From an uncultured Nitrospinota bacterium (GTDB taxonomy: Bacteria; Tectomicrobia; Entotheonellia; J063; CAVPRW01): a stretch of 64,000 nt of DNA. The stretch is taken from contig CAVPRW010000032.1 of NCBI GenBank assembly GCA_963707985.1, forward strand, positions 96,001-160,000. Direction: 5' to 3'. The first letter of the stretch is position 1, and each line of letters opens with the position of its first letter. A program made the translations under genes and the position numbers. Positions 1 through 12,834 of the stretch are shown here, piece after piece. The notes below the pieces were generated by a model that was given only the letters and a program-made list of their open reading frames with translations, made no database searches and was not told where the DNA came from.

Positions 1-734
1 GCCCCGTGGGAACAGGTTCGGGGATAACAGTGCCGAGGCAGACGTCCGCAGCATCAGAGACGCGATTGTTGTCGTCGTCAGGGACGGCTGTATAGTATGG
101 GATGTTGTCGTCAATCACGTAGTCATCCCTAGAAGGAAGCGACCGATCCGGCTAAACGCGGTAGCTCCGCACCGCTTGGGCCATGGAGAGCTGAGCAGGC
201 AGGCCATTGGCGGCATAGAGCCGCCACCCCAATTGACGCCGCGCTATGATCACAACGCGGCGGTCAACGATCATGGTCACGCGGAAATCGCACTCCGCGC
301 GGACCGTCGCTGGCGGGTCAAGGGTTATTGCCCCATCCGGACGGACTCCAGGTAGCTCTCCAACACCTTGGACGGCAACCGGATCTCCGACAGCGGGCAC
401 AGGTAGGAGTCCTCACTCACCTGCATCTATGCGTATGCGCGGGTCTCCAGGCACCCGTCTTAACTTAAGCCATCACCGGTCCATGGCCGGGCGCGTCGGG
501 AGTCACCTGAGCACAGCCACCGATTTGCACCGCCATCCCCCAGTTTGCCGGAGAAGTCCCCTCCCCAGCCACGCACGCTGCCGTTACCGATCAAGACGCA
601 GGAGTGGCTCTCCCATGTGATGATCGAGATGACGGCGTCCCCAGCGGAGTTCGTTGGTGATCGTCTAGCCCCGACCTTGTCGATTCAAGAGTTCTTCCAA
701 CTCCGCGAGCGCTTCGCCGAATGCCCAGCCTACT

Positions 735-959
735 GTGGCATTCGCGGAACATTTGCATGGTTGCTCTGATTGTCTGTCCTTTTTGAACACCCATCGAAAG
801 ACCATGGAGGCGGTTCGCTCTCTAGGCGACACGGATATCCCCCCGAAGTCTGTGGTCGCGTGCGACCATCCCTCCAACAAGGACGTTCATGATCAGAGTT
901 CTGTGCGTATCCGGCGTCTGACAATCCTGTCGGGAACTTTTTTCGGAGAAGGTTGTTGA
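735..959 (+). pseudogene. Degenerate zf-HC2 anti-sigma-factor-like fragment
   Basis: HLHGCSDC (HxxxCxxC) followed by LSFLNTHRKT; no clean start codon. Confidence 0.35.
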
Positions 960-1299
960 AGCAGGCAGGGGACAAGCTCACAGCAGGCTGTGTGAGAGCC
1001 ATGGACGCTGTGTACAGGGTGATACAACAACGGATTGCTCGAACGCGGAGCCTATGTGCCGCGCGACAAGGAGAACTGGAGACCGCAAGCGATAAATGTC
1101 GAGGCCAAGTCTAACGCCACAGAGGTTTGGTGCGACAAAAACAGTCAGCCTTGGCATCTACACACGAACTGCTATGTGGACAGCACTACCAGATTCTACG
1201 GTGCGGCGCTATTCCAGTTGCGCCGTCAAGACTTCGGTGAGATTAAGCATGATGGCGGGATTTCCCCCGCCTGGCCAATTACCTATGAGGAGAACCTCC

Positions 1300-2429
1300 A
1301 TGAAAACGATCGCTGTCATACCAGGCAACTCCAATAGTGTACACCTCGTCGATCTGCTGAGGCCGTCGCTTGACGACATCTCCGATGGGCGTGGGGTACT
1401 CGTCAAAGTGTTGCGTGTCGGCGTCGACAGCACCGACCGTGAGATCAACGCCGCCGAATATGGCGCGGCGCCCGCTGGGTACGATTTCCTGGTCATCGGC
1501 CACGAAAGCTTTGGCCAAGTCGAGGCGGTTGGACCCAATGTCACGGAACTGTGCCCCGATGACTATGTGGTGGCCACCGTGCGACGCCCCGGCGCGAGTA
1601 TCTATGACCGGATTGGCACCTACGACATGACCACAGACGACACCTACTATGAGCGTGGCATCGACCTCCGCCATGGCTACCTGACCGAGTATGACGTGGA
1701 TGATCCGGAGTACATCGTCAAGGTGCCGCAGGGCCTGAAAGACGTGGCGGTGCTGTTGGAACCGCATACGGTGGTGGAAAAGGGCATTGCCCACGCCTAT
1801 GAGATTCACCGCCGCCTGCGTGTGTGGCGCCCGCGGCGGGCCGCAGTGATGGGGGCTGGCACGGTTGGGCTCCTGGCCACGCTGGTCTTGCGCTTACGGG
1901 GGCTTGAGATTACCACCTTTGCCCTCAGCCGGAAGCTGTACTCTGCCCTCAGCCGGAAGCTGACCTCACTGCCGACCTCATCGAAGCCATCGGCGCGCGT
2001 TACGAGTCGACGGCCGATGTGCCCCTACTCGCGGGCGCTCAGCGTTCTGGGCCGTTTGACCTCATCTTCGAGGCCACCGGCTTCTCGCCCATCGTCTTTG
2101 AGAGCATGCAAGCGTTACGCAAGAACGGCGTGCTGGTGCTCTCCAGCGTCACCGGCGGCGACCGCACCGTCGAGGTCCCAGCCGACAAGATCAATCTGGA
2201 ATTTGTGCTCGGCAATCAGGTGATGGTCGGCACGGTCAACGCCAATCGCGAGTATTTCGAGCTGGGGGTACGCGATATGGCCCAGGCTGAGGCCGAGGAC
2301 CCGTGATGGCTTAGCCGGCTGCTGACCCACACCGTCAAGGGCCTGGACAACTATCGCGAGCTGCTCGACAAGTTCACCACCGCCAAGGGCGTGATCAAGG
2401 TCTATTGCGACGTCGCAGACGTGGCATAG
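1300..2429 (+). pseudogene. Zn-dependent glucose 1-dehydrogenase (MDR family), disrupted
   Basis: GHES Zn motif and GAGTVG Rossmann motif; frameshift at a local duplication of GCCCTCAGCCGGAAGCTG (1921 and 1946); in-frame TGA at 2304; homology continues to TAG at 2427-2429. Confidence 0.85.
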
Positions 2430-2576
2430 AAGCGGTGCTGAGCGCCTAGACGGCGCGGTGCGAGAGCATGGCAGCGGATCAGGGAGGTGAAAGCCGCCTC
2501 ACCATGGGCTGCGCCATCGCCCTTGCACTAAACAGGGAGCCCCCGCCAAACTGGCGGGGAGTTGCGGTACGCCACA

Positions 2577-5500
2577 CTAGGAGGCGAGGCCATAGCCTCC
2601 ACCGCCCGGCGTCTCAATGACCAGCACATCGCCTGGCTGCACCTCGGCTTGTCCGATATGGTCCAGCACGAGGCGCGTACCATCCATGCGCTCAACCCAA
2701 TTGCGGCCCGCTTGTCCTGCCTCGCCGCCTGCCATGCCAAAGGCGCCGCGGTGGCGATTATTGGCTAGGATGGATACCGTCATCGGCTCCAGGAAGCGGA
2801 TGACACGTGTGCCTCCGTCGCCCCCATGCCAACGGCCCTGACCGCCAGACTCCGGTCGAATCTCATAGCGTTCCAGGCGCACCGGGAAGCGCCATTCGAG
2901 GACCTCAGGGTCAGTGAGTCGTGAGTTTGTCATCTGGGTCTGTACCACATTCGTGCCGTTGAATCCGGGTCCAGCCCCTGACCCGCCTGCAATCGTTTCG
3001 TAGTATTGGTAGGTTGCGTTGCCAAATGTCAAATTATTCATCGTGCACTGGCTGGCGGCCATCACACCTAGGGCGCCGTATAACGTGTTGGTAATGCACT
3101 GTGAAGTTTCGACGTTGCCGGCCACTACGGCGGCTGGATAGCGTGGCTTCAACATCGACCCCGGCGGGATAATCATGCGCAGTGGCTTCAGGCAGCCAGC
3201 ATTAAGGGGAATCGCATCGTTCACTAAGGTGCGGAACACATACAACACCGCGGCCATGGAAATGGCTGACGGGGCATTGAAGTTGTTAGGTAATTGCTCG
3301 GAGGTTCCGGTGAAGTCGATGATGGCCTCACGCGTGTCGCGATCCACCGTCACCTGCACCTGGATCACGGCGCCATTATCAAGCTCATAGCGGAAGGCGC
3401 CATCTTGCAGTGCCGTGATCACGCGTCGCACAGCTTCCTCGGCATTGTCCTGTACATGCTGCATATAGGCGTGCACGACACTGAGGCCAAAATGCTCGAC
3501 CATCCGGGTCAGTTCCTGCACACCTTTCTCATTGGCAGCAATCTGCGCCCGCAAATCGGCCATATTTTGCTGGGGGTTGCGGGCTGGAAGCGGCCCGCTT
3601 GCGAGGCGTGTCAGGGTCTCGGCTTCGCGTAGTTGACCGCCTTCGACGAGCTTCCAGTTGGTAAATAACACGCCCTCATCCTCCACCGTGGTGGAATTGG
3701 GTGGCATGGAGCCGGGTGTGATCCCCCCGATATCGGCATGGTGCCCGCGTGATCCGACGTAGAACAGAATGTGTCCGCCAGCCGTATCGAACACTGGGGT
3801 GATGACGGTGATATCGGGCAAATGCGTGCCACCGTGATACGGGTCATTCACGACGTAGGCATCGCCCGGTTGCATGGTGCCAGCATTGTCACGCATGACG
3901 GTCTTGACTGACTCGCTCATGGACCCGAGATGCACGGGAATATGCGGGGCATTGGCGATCAGATTGCCCGCCGCGTCGAACAGTGCACAGGAGAAATCAA
4001 GGCGCTCCTTGATGTTGACCGAATAGGCCGTGTTTTGCAGGCGCACACCCATCTGCTCGGCGATCGACATGAAGAGGTTATTGAAGACTTCCAGCATCAC
4101 GGGGTCCGCGGTGGTGCCGATAGCACGCCGCTGCGGCCGTGCGACCACACGCGTCAATACCAGGTGCCCAAGGGCCGTGACCGCGGCCTGCCATCCTGGT
4201 TCAACGACTGTCGTGGCATTGGCTTCAGCAATGATCGCCGGACCCGGTATCACGTGGCCTGGGACCATGTCGGCTCGCCGGTACAGCGGCGTCTCGTGCC
4301 ACCTCCCAGCTGAGAACATGTGCACGGTCGCTGCAGCATACGGCAGTTGTCCGGAGGGGGCAGGCCTACTTGATATGGGGTGCTCTATGAGTGTGTCGGC
4401 CCCTCCAGTCACCTCTACCGACACTGATTCGACCACCAGAGGTTTCTCAGGCATGAGGAAGGAAAAGCGCTGGCGATACGCTTCGGCAAAGGCCGTGCGC
4501 ATGGCGGCCAGTGATCCCCAGGCGACGCTCAATGCCGTGTCGGTCCCGGCGTATTTCAGATGGACGCGCCTGGCCACATGCTGCACTGCCCGCGGCACAC
4601 CTTGCCGTTCGAGATCCGCCGCAGCATCCTCGGCCAGGGTCTCGAGTTGTCCCTGGACGCTTGAGAACACTGAAGAGTCGAGGAGCGCTTCGGTCGATTG
4701 CTCGCGCATGGCGGTCTGTTCTGCCAGACCCATCCCATAGGCAGACAAGACACCGGCAAATGGATGGATCAAGACCTGCGTCATGCCGAGGGCGTCGGCG
4801 ACCTGGCAGGCGTGTTGGCCCCCTGCCCCGCCAAAGGTGGTGAGGGTATACGTGGTCACGTCGTGGCCGCGCTGCACCGAGATGTGCTTGATGGCATTGG
4901 CCATATTGCCAACGGCAATCTCGATGAAGCCTTCGGCAACGGCTTCCGGTGTCCGCCGGTCGCCGGTGGCCTGATCGATCTGCTCGGCTAACCTCCTGAA
5001 CGCCGGCACAACGACCTCAGGATCGAGCGGTTGGTCGGCGTGCGGCCCAAACACGGTGGGAAAGAAGGCGGGCTGGATCTTGCCGAGCATGACGTTGGCA
5101 TCGGTGACGGTCAGGGGCCCGCCGCGCCGGTAGCACGCTGGCCCAGGATTGGCCCCGGCCGAATCCGGGCCGACGCGATAGCGGCCGCCGTCAAAATGCA
5201 AGATGGAGCCGCCCCCGGCAGCGACGGTGTGGATACTCATCATAGGCGCCCGCAGGCGCACGCCGGCCACCTGAGTGTCGAACTCACGTTCGTAGGTGCC
5301 GGCATAGTGTGAGACGTCTGTCGAGGTGCCGCCCATGTCAAAGCCGATCACCCGCACAAAGCCGGCCAGCGTGCTGGTACGCGACATACCGACGATGCCA
5401 CCAGCCGGCCCCGAGAGAATCGAATCCTTGCCTCGGAAACGCAGGGCGTCAGCCAGGCCCCCGTTGGATTGCATGAACAGCAGCCGTACACCGGGTAGTT

Positions 5501-6182
5501 CACACGCGACCTGGTCAACATAGCGCCGTAGAATCGGCGACAGGTAGGCATCGACCACGGTTGTATCACCTCGGGAGACCAGCTTCATCAGTGGGCTGAC
5601 CTCGTGGGATGCCGACACCTGCGTGAAACCCATGCCCCGCGCGATTGCCGCCATCTGGGCTTCGTGCGCCGTGTAGCGATAGCCATGCATGAAGACAATG
5701 GCGAGAGACCGAAAGCCTGCGTCAAAAGCCGCCTGCAGGGCCGAGCGGGCCTGGGCAGCGTCGAGCGGGAGCACCACATCGCCGTGGGCACCGACGCGCT
5801 CGTCGATCTCGATGACCTGGCCGTAGAGCAACTCAGGCAACTGGATATGGAGGTCAAACAACTGTGGCCGGTTCTGGTAGGCAATCCGCAGGGCATCGCG
5901 AAAACCGCGCGTGATACATAGCGCCGTGGGCTCTCCCTGGCGTTCCAGCAGAGCGTTCGTGGCCACGGTTGTACCCATCTTTACACAGGCGATATGCTCC
6001 GTTGGTATGGGCTCCCCCGGCGGCACTCCCAGCACATGGCGCATGCCCGCCACGGCGGCATCACGGTACTGCTCGGGATTCTCCGACAACAGCTTGTGGG
6101 TGACGAGAGAGCCATCGGGGCGTGTTGCGACAATATCAGTAAACGTACCGCCTCGGTCGATCCAGAACTGCCATTGACTCAT
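2577..6182 (-). CDS. oplA: ATP-dependent 5-oxoprolinase (fused hydantoinase A/B)
   Basis: [27 protein letters not shown] and ETPGGGGYG motifs; about 1200 aa. Confidence 0.93.
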   Translation of the reverse strand: MSQWQFWIDRGGTFTDIVATRPDGSLVTHKLLSENPEQYRDAAVAGMRHVLGVPPGEPIPTEHIACVKMGTTVATNALLERQGEPTALCITRGFRDALRIAYQNRPQLFDLHIQLPELLYGQVIEIDERVGAHGDVVLPLDAAQARSALQAAFDAGFRSLAIVFMHGYRYTAHEAQMAAIARGMGFTQVSASHEVSPLMKLVSRGDTTVVDAYLSPILRRYVDQVACELPGVRLLFMQSNGGLADALRFRGKDSILSGPAGGIVGMSRTSTLAGFVRVIGFDMGGTSTDVSHYAGTYEREFDTQVAGVRLRAPMMSIHTVAAGGGSILHFDGGRYRVGPDSAGANPGPACYRRGGPLTVTDANVMLGKIQPAFFPTVFGPHADQPLDPEVVVPAFRRLAEQIDQATGDRRTPEAVAEGFIEIAVGNMANAIKHISVQRGHDVTTYTLTTFGGAGGQHACQVADALGMTQVLIHPFAGVLSAYGMGLAEQTAMREQSTEALLDSSVFSSVQGQLETLAEDAAADLERQGVPRAVQHVARRVHLKYAGTDTALSVAWGSLAAMRTAFAEAYRQRFSFLMPEKPLVVESVSVEVTGGADTLIEHPISSRPAPSGQLPYAAATVHMFSAGRWHETPLYRRADMVPGHVIPGPAIIAEANATTVVEPGWQAAVTALGHLVLTRVVARPQRRAIGTTADPVMLEVFNNLFMSIAEQMGVRLQNTAYSVNIKERLDFSCALFDAAGNLIANAPHIPVHLGSMSESVKTVMRDNAGTMQPGDAYVVNDPYHGGTHLPDITVITPVFDTAGGHILFYVGSRGHHADIGGITPGSMPPNSTTVEDEGVLFTNWKLVEGGQLREAETLTRLASGPLPARNPQQNMADLRAQIAANEKGVQELTRMVEHFGLSVVHAYMQHVQDNAEEAVRRVITALQDGAFRYELDNGAVIQVQVTVDRDTREAIIDFTGTSEQLPNNFNAPSAISMAAVLYVFRTLVNDAIPLNAGCLKPLRMIIPPGSMLKPRYPAAVVAGNVETSQCITNTLYGALGVMAASQCTMNNLTFGNATYQYYETIAGGSGAGPGFNGTNVVQTQMTNSRLTDPEVLEWRFPVRLERYEIRPESGGQGRWHGGDGGTRVIRFLEPMTVSILANNRHRGAFGMAGGEAGQAGRNWVERMDGTRLVLDHIGQAEVQPGDVLVIETPGGGGYGLAS

Positions 6183-6706
6183 AGGTGTCTCCACGGACTC
6201 ACACACGCCCACACACGGTTCTCTTCCTTGCTACGAGCCCAGAATGTATACAGTGGTTGAGCAGCCATCCCCATGCCGAACGCCCATTGAAAGCCTGGTA
6301 GGTCATTGTACGATTGAAGCGTTACAGCAGTCCACATGAAGTTCGCCGGGATTTTGCCTTGGCGAGTTTCTTGGAAGGTCAGAAGGGCAGTTTGTAAAGA
6401 GTGGCCACGTCCCGAGATGGACAAGGAGGGGCGGACACTATGGCCGAGCTTCTCGACTTCACGAAACCGCATGTCTTACGCCACGAGGCCGAATATGCCG
6501 TGACTGTGGTTGATATGACATAGACGTAAGGTTAGCACCGTCATTTCCATGCGCGATGTGTCAGTTCCTGTTCGGGAAGAGACTATAAGTTATTGATTTA
6601 GCATCTTCTATAATCGTGACGCTTGGGTAGCGACATAGTATCTCGTATAATACGGCTACAAGAGCAAGCATTGAAGGTGGGCGTTTTCGATGCAAGGGAG
6701 GGAACC

Positions 6707-7111
6707 ATGGCCAGGATCAAGCATATCGCCATACGCACCCCGGACCCCGAAAAGACCGCAGCGTTTTACAAAGAGGTGTTTGGCTTGCAGGAGGTAGGCC
6801 AGGCCGGAAGAGGCTATTATCTTTCCGATGGCTACATCAACCTGGCGATTCTCAAGTCCTCTGATCAGGGCACAGGTGAAAGCCCCCGTGACATACCCGG
6901 CTATGCCGGCATCGACCACCTGGGGTTCCTGGTGGAGAATGTAGACGAAACCTGCAAGAAGCTGGAGGAGGCAGGCGCCAGTGCCACCATCGGTCGGGTG
7001 GACTTGTCTCACGCCTCGGCCTCCGGCCCACGCTCGTATTACGAGATCAAGTATCGCGGACCCGACAACCAGGTGATCGACATCACCGAAACCGGCTGGG
7101 TGGGCACCTAG
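6707..7111 (+). CDS. VOC/glyoxalase family protein
   Basis: HIAIRTPD...GIDHLGF...GPDNQVIDI; GGAGG RBS upstream. Confidence 0.85.
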   Translation: MARIKHIAIRTPDPEKTAAFYKEVFGLQEVGQAGRGYYLSDGYINLAILKSSDQGTGESPRDIPGYAGIDHLGFLVENVDETCKKLEEAGASATIGRVDLSHASASGPRSYYEIKYRGPDNQVIDITETGWVGT

Positions 7112-7218
7112 TCCAAAAAGCCTAGTGCTGAGTGCTGAATCATGAGTGCTGCGTGGGAAACGGAGACTCAGGACTCGGTTCTCAGTGCTCAGCACTGATA
7201 TCTCAGGGAGGACGTGCG

Positions 7219-8214
7219 ATGTCCAAGAACTACATGACGATGGTCGGAACGGTCGGCACGGGTATCTGGATTTCCGGCGACGGCGGCGAAAGCTGGAGCC
7301 GGTGCAAAGGCATGTGGAACGAGACGCAGGTCTTCGCCCTCGCCCCTCATCCGCAGAATCCCAAAGTGATCTTTGCTGGTGCGCACGACGGCATCTACCG
7401 TAGCGACGATGGGGGGGGCACCTTCGAGCCTGTTGCCTCACCCCTCAGTGGCAAGGCCATATGGTCGGTGGCATTTGACCCGGTGCAGCCGGACACGATC
7501 TTTGCCGGGTCGCGTCCGGGCGCGGTCTTTCGCTCGCGCGATGGTGGGCAGAAATGGGAACAGCTCAACGCCCAGTTTGCCCCCGAGTGCCCCAACGTAC
7601 GCTTCCCCCGCGTGCTGACCATGGCGGTTGATCCCACCGACCACCAGGTTGTGTGGGCTGGAGCGGAGGTAGACGGGGTGCGTCGCAGCCTGGATGGCGG
7701 TCAGACCTGGGAAACCACGGGAGCCGCGGTGACACCGGGCACGATCGGCCGGCAGCTCAACGACCCCGACATTCACGGCATTGCGGTCAGTGGCACGTCG
7801 CCCTCGACGGTATTCGTCAGCACGCCGCGGGAGGTCTTCGCCAGCACCGATCGGGGTGAGAACTGGCAGCCCCTAGGGGTGCAGAAATTCTTCCCCCTGC
7901 GCTACTGTCGTGGCATCGCCGTCAAAGCCGACGACCCCAATGTGTTGTTCGTGGCCAATGGTGATGCGGCCTCCGGGGAGACGGGTTCCCTGCAGCGCTC
8001 TAAGGATCGCGGCCAGACCTGGCAGACGCTGCCCCTGCCCGCTGTGCCCAACACGCCCATCTGGACCTTCGCGATGAATAGCGCCGATCCTGATCTGATG
8101 CTGACCTGCAGCCACTACGGGCAGGTATTCGTCAGTGAGGATGCCGGTGACTCGTGGCGCAAGATCAAGCGCGAGTTCAGCGAGATCAGAGCCCTGGCCT
8201 GGGTGCCCAACTAG
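7219..8214 (+). CDS. BNR/Asp-box beta-propeller protein
   Basis: Repeated SxDGGxTW Asp-box motifs. Confidence 0.85.
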   Translation: MSKNYMTMVGTVGTGIWISGDGGESWSRCKGMWNETQVFALAPHPQNPKVIFAGAHDGIYRSDDGGGTFEPVASPLSGKAIWSVAFDPVQPDTIFAGSRPGAVFRSRDGGQKWEQLNAQFAPECPNVRFPRVLTMAVDPTDHQVVWAGAEVDGVRRSLDGGQTWETTGAAVTPGTIGRQLNDPDIHGIAVSGTSPSTVFVSTPREVFASTDRGENWQPLGVQKFFPLRYCRGIAVKADDPNVLFVANGDAASGETGSLQRSKDRGQTWQTLPLPAVPNTPIWTFAMNSADPDLMLTCSHYGQVFVSEDAGDSWRKIKREFSEIRALAWVPN

Positions 8215-8269
8215 GATGCTGCCCGGTTGAGCCTGACCTGGTGCTGGACACTGTCATTCCAGCGTCGCG

Positions 8270-8298
8270 GTAGGGGCGGGTTGCAAACCCGCCCCTAC
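8270..8298. repeat. GTAG-type REP palindrome
   Basis: GTAGGGGCGGGTT-GCA-AACCCGCCCCTAC perfect hairpin. Confidence 0.75.
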
Positions 8299-8604
8299 TG
8301 CAGGCAAGAGGGGATCGACCGGAAGCACCCTTGAGGGACAGCCTGCAAGTGGTAGGAAATCTAACAGAGTATCGGACATTACCAATTGTCGGAAATATTC
8401 GATGGAGGCACGCCCTACCACTGTTGGCATCTCAATCTGCTCAGGACGTACCGCTCTCATAAACCCCACATCTGTCCTTCATCAGTAACAATTTCGAGGC
8501 CATAGGTTTCGTAAGGCATCGTACGAACCTCCTCTAATGCCCGTGCCCCGATTGATCATGCACGCTATTGTTACGTCAAACACTTCGAGGTTGCCAGCCG
8601 GAAA

Positions 8605-9432
8605 GTGGCAATCTTGTGCCTCAATTCAGCCTGGTTAGCAACCTTGGGTAAAGATCGCAACCAACTCCTCCTTGGCGAGCGGCAGGTACGGACTGCTCTT
8701 GAGGCAGCTGATGGGGCTGAGTTGCGCTTAGCGGTCATGCACCACCCGTTCGATTGGCTCCAGGATTTCGATCGAAATGACGTCGAGTCTCTTCTTTGGG
8801 GGGCTGTCACTTCTTGTTGCACGGTCACATGTACCAAGTCGGACTACTCCAAGCCCGTACTCCAGATACTGAGGCAATGATCATTGCGGCTGGTGCCTGC
8901 TACGAGACGCGGCAGTATGCCAACTCATACAATTTTGTGCGCCTCGACCTCGACGCTGGCAATGGCGCAGTATATCTACGCCTGTACAGCGACCAGCAGG
9001 GGGGATTCTGGACAAAGGACGTGCTCAATTATCAAAATGTCCCTGATGGACTGTACTCCTTTCAATTGCCCGCTTCTTTACGAGTAGCAGGGTCAGCTCA
9101 AGACTCAACACGTGACAACGTGCAAACGGGAATGTCTCCCTCTGCCAGTATCGCTCCATCTGCGCTCAGCACAACTTCCGAATTAGACGATGCGAAGCCG
9201 ATGACTCTTGATGCTCATGAGGGGACAAATGCCGTTTCCTTGCTACCAGTGGTTACTAATCGGTTCAACACAGAGGAACTCCGTACCCTGTGGTTCGATC
9301 TCCAAATCGACTACGATGACTTGCGCGGTGAGGGGAAGGAGGCCAAGGCTCGTGAGCTCGTTGCGTATCTCCAGCGGCGCGGCCAACTGAATCAGCTTGT
9401 GAGTGATATCCGGCGGAAGCGACCGGATATCA
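8605..9432 (+). pseudogene. Calcineurin-like metallophosphoesterase C-terminal half fused to an EAD7-like domain; frameshifted and truncated
   Basis: LNSAW, HHP and LHGH phosphoesterase motifs; FNTEELRTLWFDLQIDYDDLRGEGKEAKARELVAYLQRRGQL at about 9261-9430; cut by an IS701-like element. Confidence 0.7.
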
Positions 9433-10600
9433 CTCTATCTTACTCGACTTTTGCAGCATGGCGGTCGTCAAACGGTGAGGGATTCAGTAGAATGCCCCCA
9501 GGAGCAAGCCCCCCAAGCGATCCCCCGACCTGGAGGGGTTCTCATGCTGCCCTTGGTAGAGATTCCGGAAATAGTCCGGCACGACGCCCCGTTTTTGACC
9601 TCGGTGTTTTCTCCCGAGGCCTTCACGCAGTTTCAGCGCTATATCAGTGGCTTGATCGTCTCAGAGAACAAAACCGTCGAAGGGATCAACCGGATCTTCG
9701 TGATTGATGTGCGTCATCAAAGTCGTCTCAATCGTTTCTTAACCGCGAGTTCCTGTTCAATGGACGCGTTCAATAGGGCCGGCGTAGCTGGGCTCGAGAG
9801 TATTCCTGAAACTCAGATGACGCCCAGAGGCGTCTTGAGCCTCGACGCTACTCTCCTCACCCACGACGGACAATCCTGTGAAAAAATCGCCTATGTGTCT
9901 GATTCGGCCCAAGCGTGTGATGTCGGGGCCCACAATTTGGTCAATCTTCATGATCGGGATGATCAGACCGACGATCCAGTCTGCTATACCTTATGGGAAC
10001 CCGCTGCGGTCGATGTCTGAGAGGCCGGACTCATCGGTGCAGGCGTCCCCATTCGTCCCAGCACGTCTGCCCTTAACACGCGTGCTCCCCAGAAGTGGTG
10101 CAATGATCTGCTCGGCCTGTGGCGACGTCATCCGCAAGAGCCTGCCGTCCCGCGGATCTATCAACGTAAACTGTGTTTGGGGCAACAGATATTGACACCA
10201 TTTTGCTCAGCGCCTCCCAAGCGCCAGCTGCCAGTGACCTTCGATAACTGGTAGACCCAACCGGCATGTTGTCGGTTGCTGCACCAGACCCTCCAAGTCC
10301 CCTCTGTGGGAACTTTCGCCGGAGATGATCGGGTGCTCTTCAAAACAGGCGCAAAACGCCTGGATGCAGGTGATCGCCAATGGCAAGACGCACATCATCG
10401 CGCGATCACAGCCGGCAAACCACCGGTCTGTGGCAACATCACCATCCCTGATACAGGAGCAAAAGAAACCTATTACCGACATTGAGCAACCCTATCCGGG
10501 AGAAATTTGGTAAAGGTGGCAGACCTCGTTCCCAAACAAACGCAGAATGTTGATCTGCAGGTTGGTAAGACTTTCGATGCGATCCTGCACGTGTCCTTGG
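9432..10600 (+). mobile_element. Degenerate IS701-like element
   Basis: MLPLVEIPEIVRH...YISGLIVSENKTVEGIN...LSLD transposase N-terminus; multiple stops; boundaries approximate. Confidence 0.7.
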
Positions 10601-10601
10601 A

Positions 10602-12329
10602 CTGAAATTCCAATATAAGGGCACGCTTGATCTGTGCTCCACGTTCCTCGAGAGCAGAAGCCTTCACGAGAGGGAGGTGGACCATGGAGCAGACACGGGA
10701 AGCGATCACGACGAACCTGGCGGCACGGTGGTGTTGGCCCGTGGCGCGCCGAGATGAGGTGCGCGTGGCGCGGCGCCTGTACCGCAAGCCACTGGTAGAC
10801 GGGGTGTACCCCTTGGACGCGGGAGCCTTGCTGGAGGAGTGCTTTCACGTCCTCCGGGCGTGGGGGAGCGCCGACTGGCTGGAGGACGTCCGGGGCCAGG
10901 GCATCACGCGTGAGATGGTGCCCATGGGGCCATATGTCCTGCGGGACGGACTGAAGACGCTGGTGGGCCTGGAGCGCCTGCAGGCCCTGGCGGAGTGGCT
11001 GGTCAGCGAGGCGGCGAGCAGGCGCTGGGTGGGCTTCAAGGCCCACCAGGTGCGGCCCGGGGTGGGCCCACGGGGCGCGGCCAAGCGGCAGGGGCCGCGC
11101 ACGGCCGGCCCGATCGGCCCGCAGGCCCTGGCGCATAAGCTCGTCAAGCTGGATTGGCGGGCGTTGGAGGTCTTGTTCCACGGGGTGATCCGGGCCCTGG
11201 CCAAGGCGGGGCTGTTGCGGGCTCAGGTGACGGGGAGTGTGGATGGCACCGCGCTGGAGACGACGGCGCCGTCCGAGGGCTGTGGCCAGGTCACCCGGCC
11301 ACGGACGCTCACCGACACGCCTGGCCAGGTGCGCCCGATCGAGGTGACGGTCTACGGCTGGAACGCGATCGTCTTGATCGAGGCCCGCACCAAGCTTCCC
11401 CTGGCGGTGACGGTGGTGCAGATCCAGGAGCCTGAAGGGCTCTCGCGGCGGGCCCTGGGCACCCAGGCCCGGGCGAATCGGGCGGGCTAGGCCCGCCTGC
11501 ACCAGGTGGTCTGTGATCGCGGCTTGTGGGCGGGGACCGAGCTGTGGTGGCTGGACCCACACGGCCTCCTCGGCGTGGTACCGGCCCAAGAGGACATGGC
11601 CGTCACCGCGGACGCCCGGGGCCTGGCCGCCGCCCGCGACGGATGCCCCGTCGGATGCCGGGTGCACACCGTCCACCATCGACAGGGCCAGGCGGCCTGG
11701 CAGGAACGGCTGGAGACGGAGGTCGTCGGCATGGCCGGCCTGACGAGCGACGATCAGGATGGCACGCCCGCGCCTGGAGGCCCCCGCCATCGCCGTGACT
11801 GCCAGGCCAACCCGATCAACGCCGTGGTCGTGCGGCAGGGGCAGGGGCAGGCCTTTGGGCCGGGGGGCACAACCGTGTTCCTGACGCATGCCTCCGTGCC
11901 GCAGCCGTTGCAACCCTTTGATGACGACGATGAGCGGCGTCGCATGGAGCACGGCTGTATCAAGGCAAGCCCACAGCCATGGAGCCTGCGCCATCCGCCC
12001 CAGAACACGGCGCGGGCCCTGCGGGTTCACGTCGGGTTGACCCTGCTCCTGTGCGGGCTGGCGACGGCCTCTCGGCTGCGGTCTGAAGCCGTTGAAGCCG
12101 GGACGGAGCCGGTGGGCTGGCAGTGCTGGCGGCGCCAGCTCTGCCAACAGCACCGGGACCAGGTCATCGTGTGTGCCCAAGGCGACTACGGCATCGTTCC
12201 TCTGGCCGAACTCGTCCTCCTGCTGGGGGTCAAGCTCAAGGAGGTGCCCCCAGGTATTGGGACACATCAGGAGATCCTGGCCCAATACAAGCTCACATCC
12301 CATGATTGATCCTTATCTTGGAATTTCAG
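10602..12329 (+). mobile_element. Degenerate DDE-type IS (IS4/IS1182-like) with 19-bp terminal inverted repeats
   Basis: CTGAAATTCCAATATAAGG at 10602 and CCTTATCTTGGAATTTCAG at 12311-12329 (18/19 match); transposase remnant with VDGT and DRG motifs split by a stop at 11488. Confidence 0.8.
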
Positions 12330-12834
12330 GAATACCCAGAGACACGGTTTGACTTTCTGGGATACACGTTTCGTCCCCGACGGGCCAAAAACCGCTACGG
12401 TACATTCCTGGTCAGCTTCACGCCAGGGGTCAGCAACGATGCGGCGAAGGACATGCGTCAGCGGATTCATGACTGGCGTCTGCATCTGAAGCCGGATACA
12501 TCGTTGGAAGACCTGTCCCGGATGTTCAATCCCGTCCTGCGTGGCTGGATGAACGACTACGGTTGCTTTGACACATCTGCGCTGTATCCGACACTCCGGC
12601 ATATGAACCGGGCCTTGGTTCATTGGGTGCGACGGAAATACAAGAGGTTTAACCGCCAGCGCCGCCGCGCCGAATACTGGCTCGGTCGCGTGGCGCGTCG
12701 GGAGCCGACGCTGTGTGCGCACTGGCAAAGGGGGATTAAACCCACGGCTGGGTGATGGGAGCCGGATGCGCGGAGACGTTCACGTCCGGTTCTGAGAGCG
12801 CCTGGGGGTGCGACTCCCCTGGGGCGACTCACCT
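12330..12834 (+). mobile_element. 3' remnant of group II intron 1 (RT/maturase C-terminus plus domains V/VI)
   Basis: FDFLGYTF...NPVLRGW; DV GAGCCGGATGCG...CACGTCCGGTTC; ends ...GACTCACCT. Confidence 0.85.

Noticed and set aside
1..730. Short ORFs at the window start
   Set aside because: No motifs or convincing starts; cannot be assigned.
10492..12303. 603-aa minus-strand ORF
   Set aside because: Antisense shadow of the GC-rich degenerate transposase, with no recognisable motifs.
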